Origin: a virus
Lineage: Duplodnaviria; Caudoviricetes
Direction: 5' to 3' (one strand)
Length of the DNA stretch: 34,448 nucleotides
IMG/VR virus record: IMGVR_UViG_3300024262_000125
Location: 1-34,448 of that record
The notes below the pieces were generated by a model. It did not search any database and was not told where the DNA came from. It saw only the letters and a list, made by a program, of their open reading frames with translations. Each line of letters starts with the position of its first letter. Position 1 is the stretch's first letter. The translations under genes were made by a program, and so were the position numbers. Positions 34,402 to 34,448 of the stretch are shown here, piece after piece.

Positions 34402-34448
34402 CCCATGCGAGAAAGATGGCGCCTTGGAAATGCGCATTCAGACATGCC

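Overview
The window is an essentially complete ~34.4 kb transposable (Mu-like) temperate phage genome. It runs TG...CA from 32 to 34401 with short, non-matching flanks of 31 and 47 bp. Transcription diverges from a central switch at ~13.2-14.5 kb. The leftward arm encodes small regulators, an RNA polymerase alphaCTD-like protein, a MuA-type DDE transposase, a MuB-type ATPase, GemA and Gam, then unexpectedly a block of virion/adhesion-type genes including a GH43-LamG protein. The rightward arm encodes membrane/lipoproteins, Mu gp26/gp27/gp28-type packaging genes, an HK97-type head (portal fused to a MuF domain, protease, capsid), a non-contractile tail, morons and a truncated Dam-type methylase. 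The most unusual part is the control region. No Mu c/Ner/Mor/C proteins are recognisable. Instead there are divergent ribbon-helix-helix-like genes with an antisense promoter (P22 immI-like layout), two promoters sharing an identical 17-mer that each precede a hairpin with the same TCCTTAG loop, and a seven-hairpin array in the early operon. Two genes with clear family motifs (the large terminase and a zinc-ribbon membrane protein) lack any ATG/GTG/TTG start and sit in the -1 frame of their upstream gene. All protein calls come from motif recognition by eye, with no database search. A Planctomycetota host is a weak guess.
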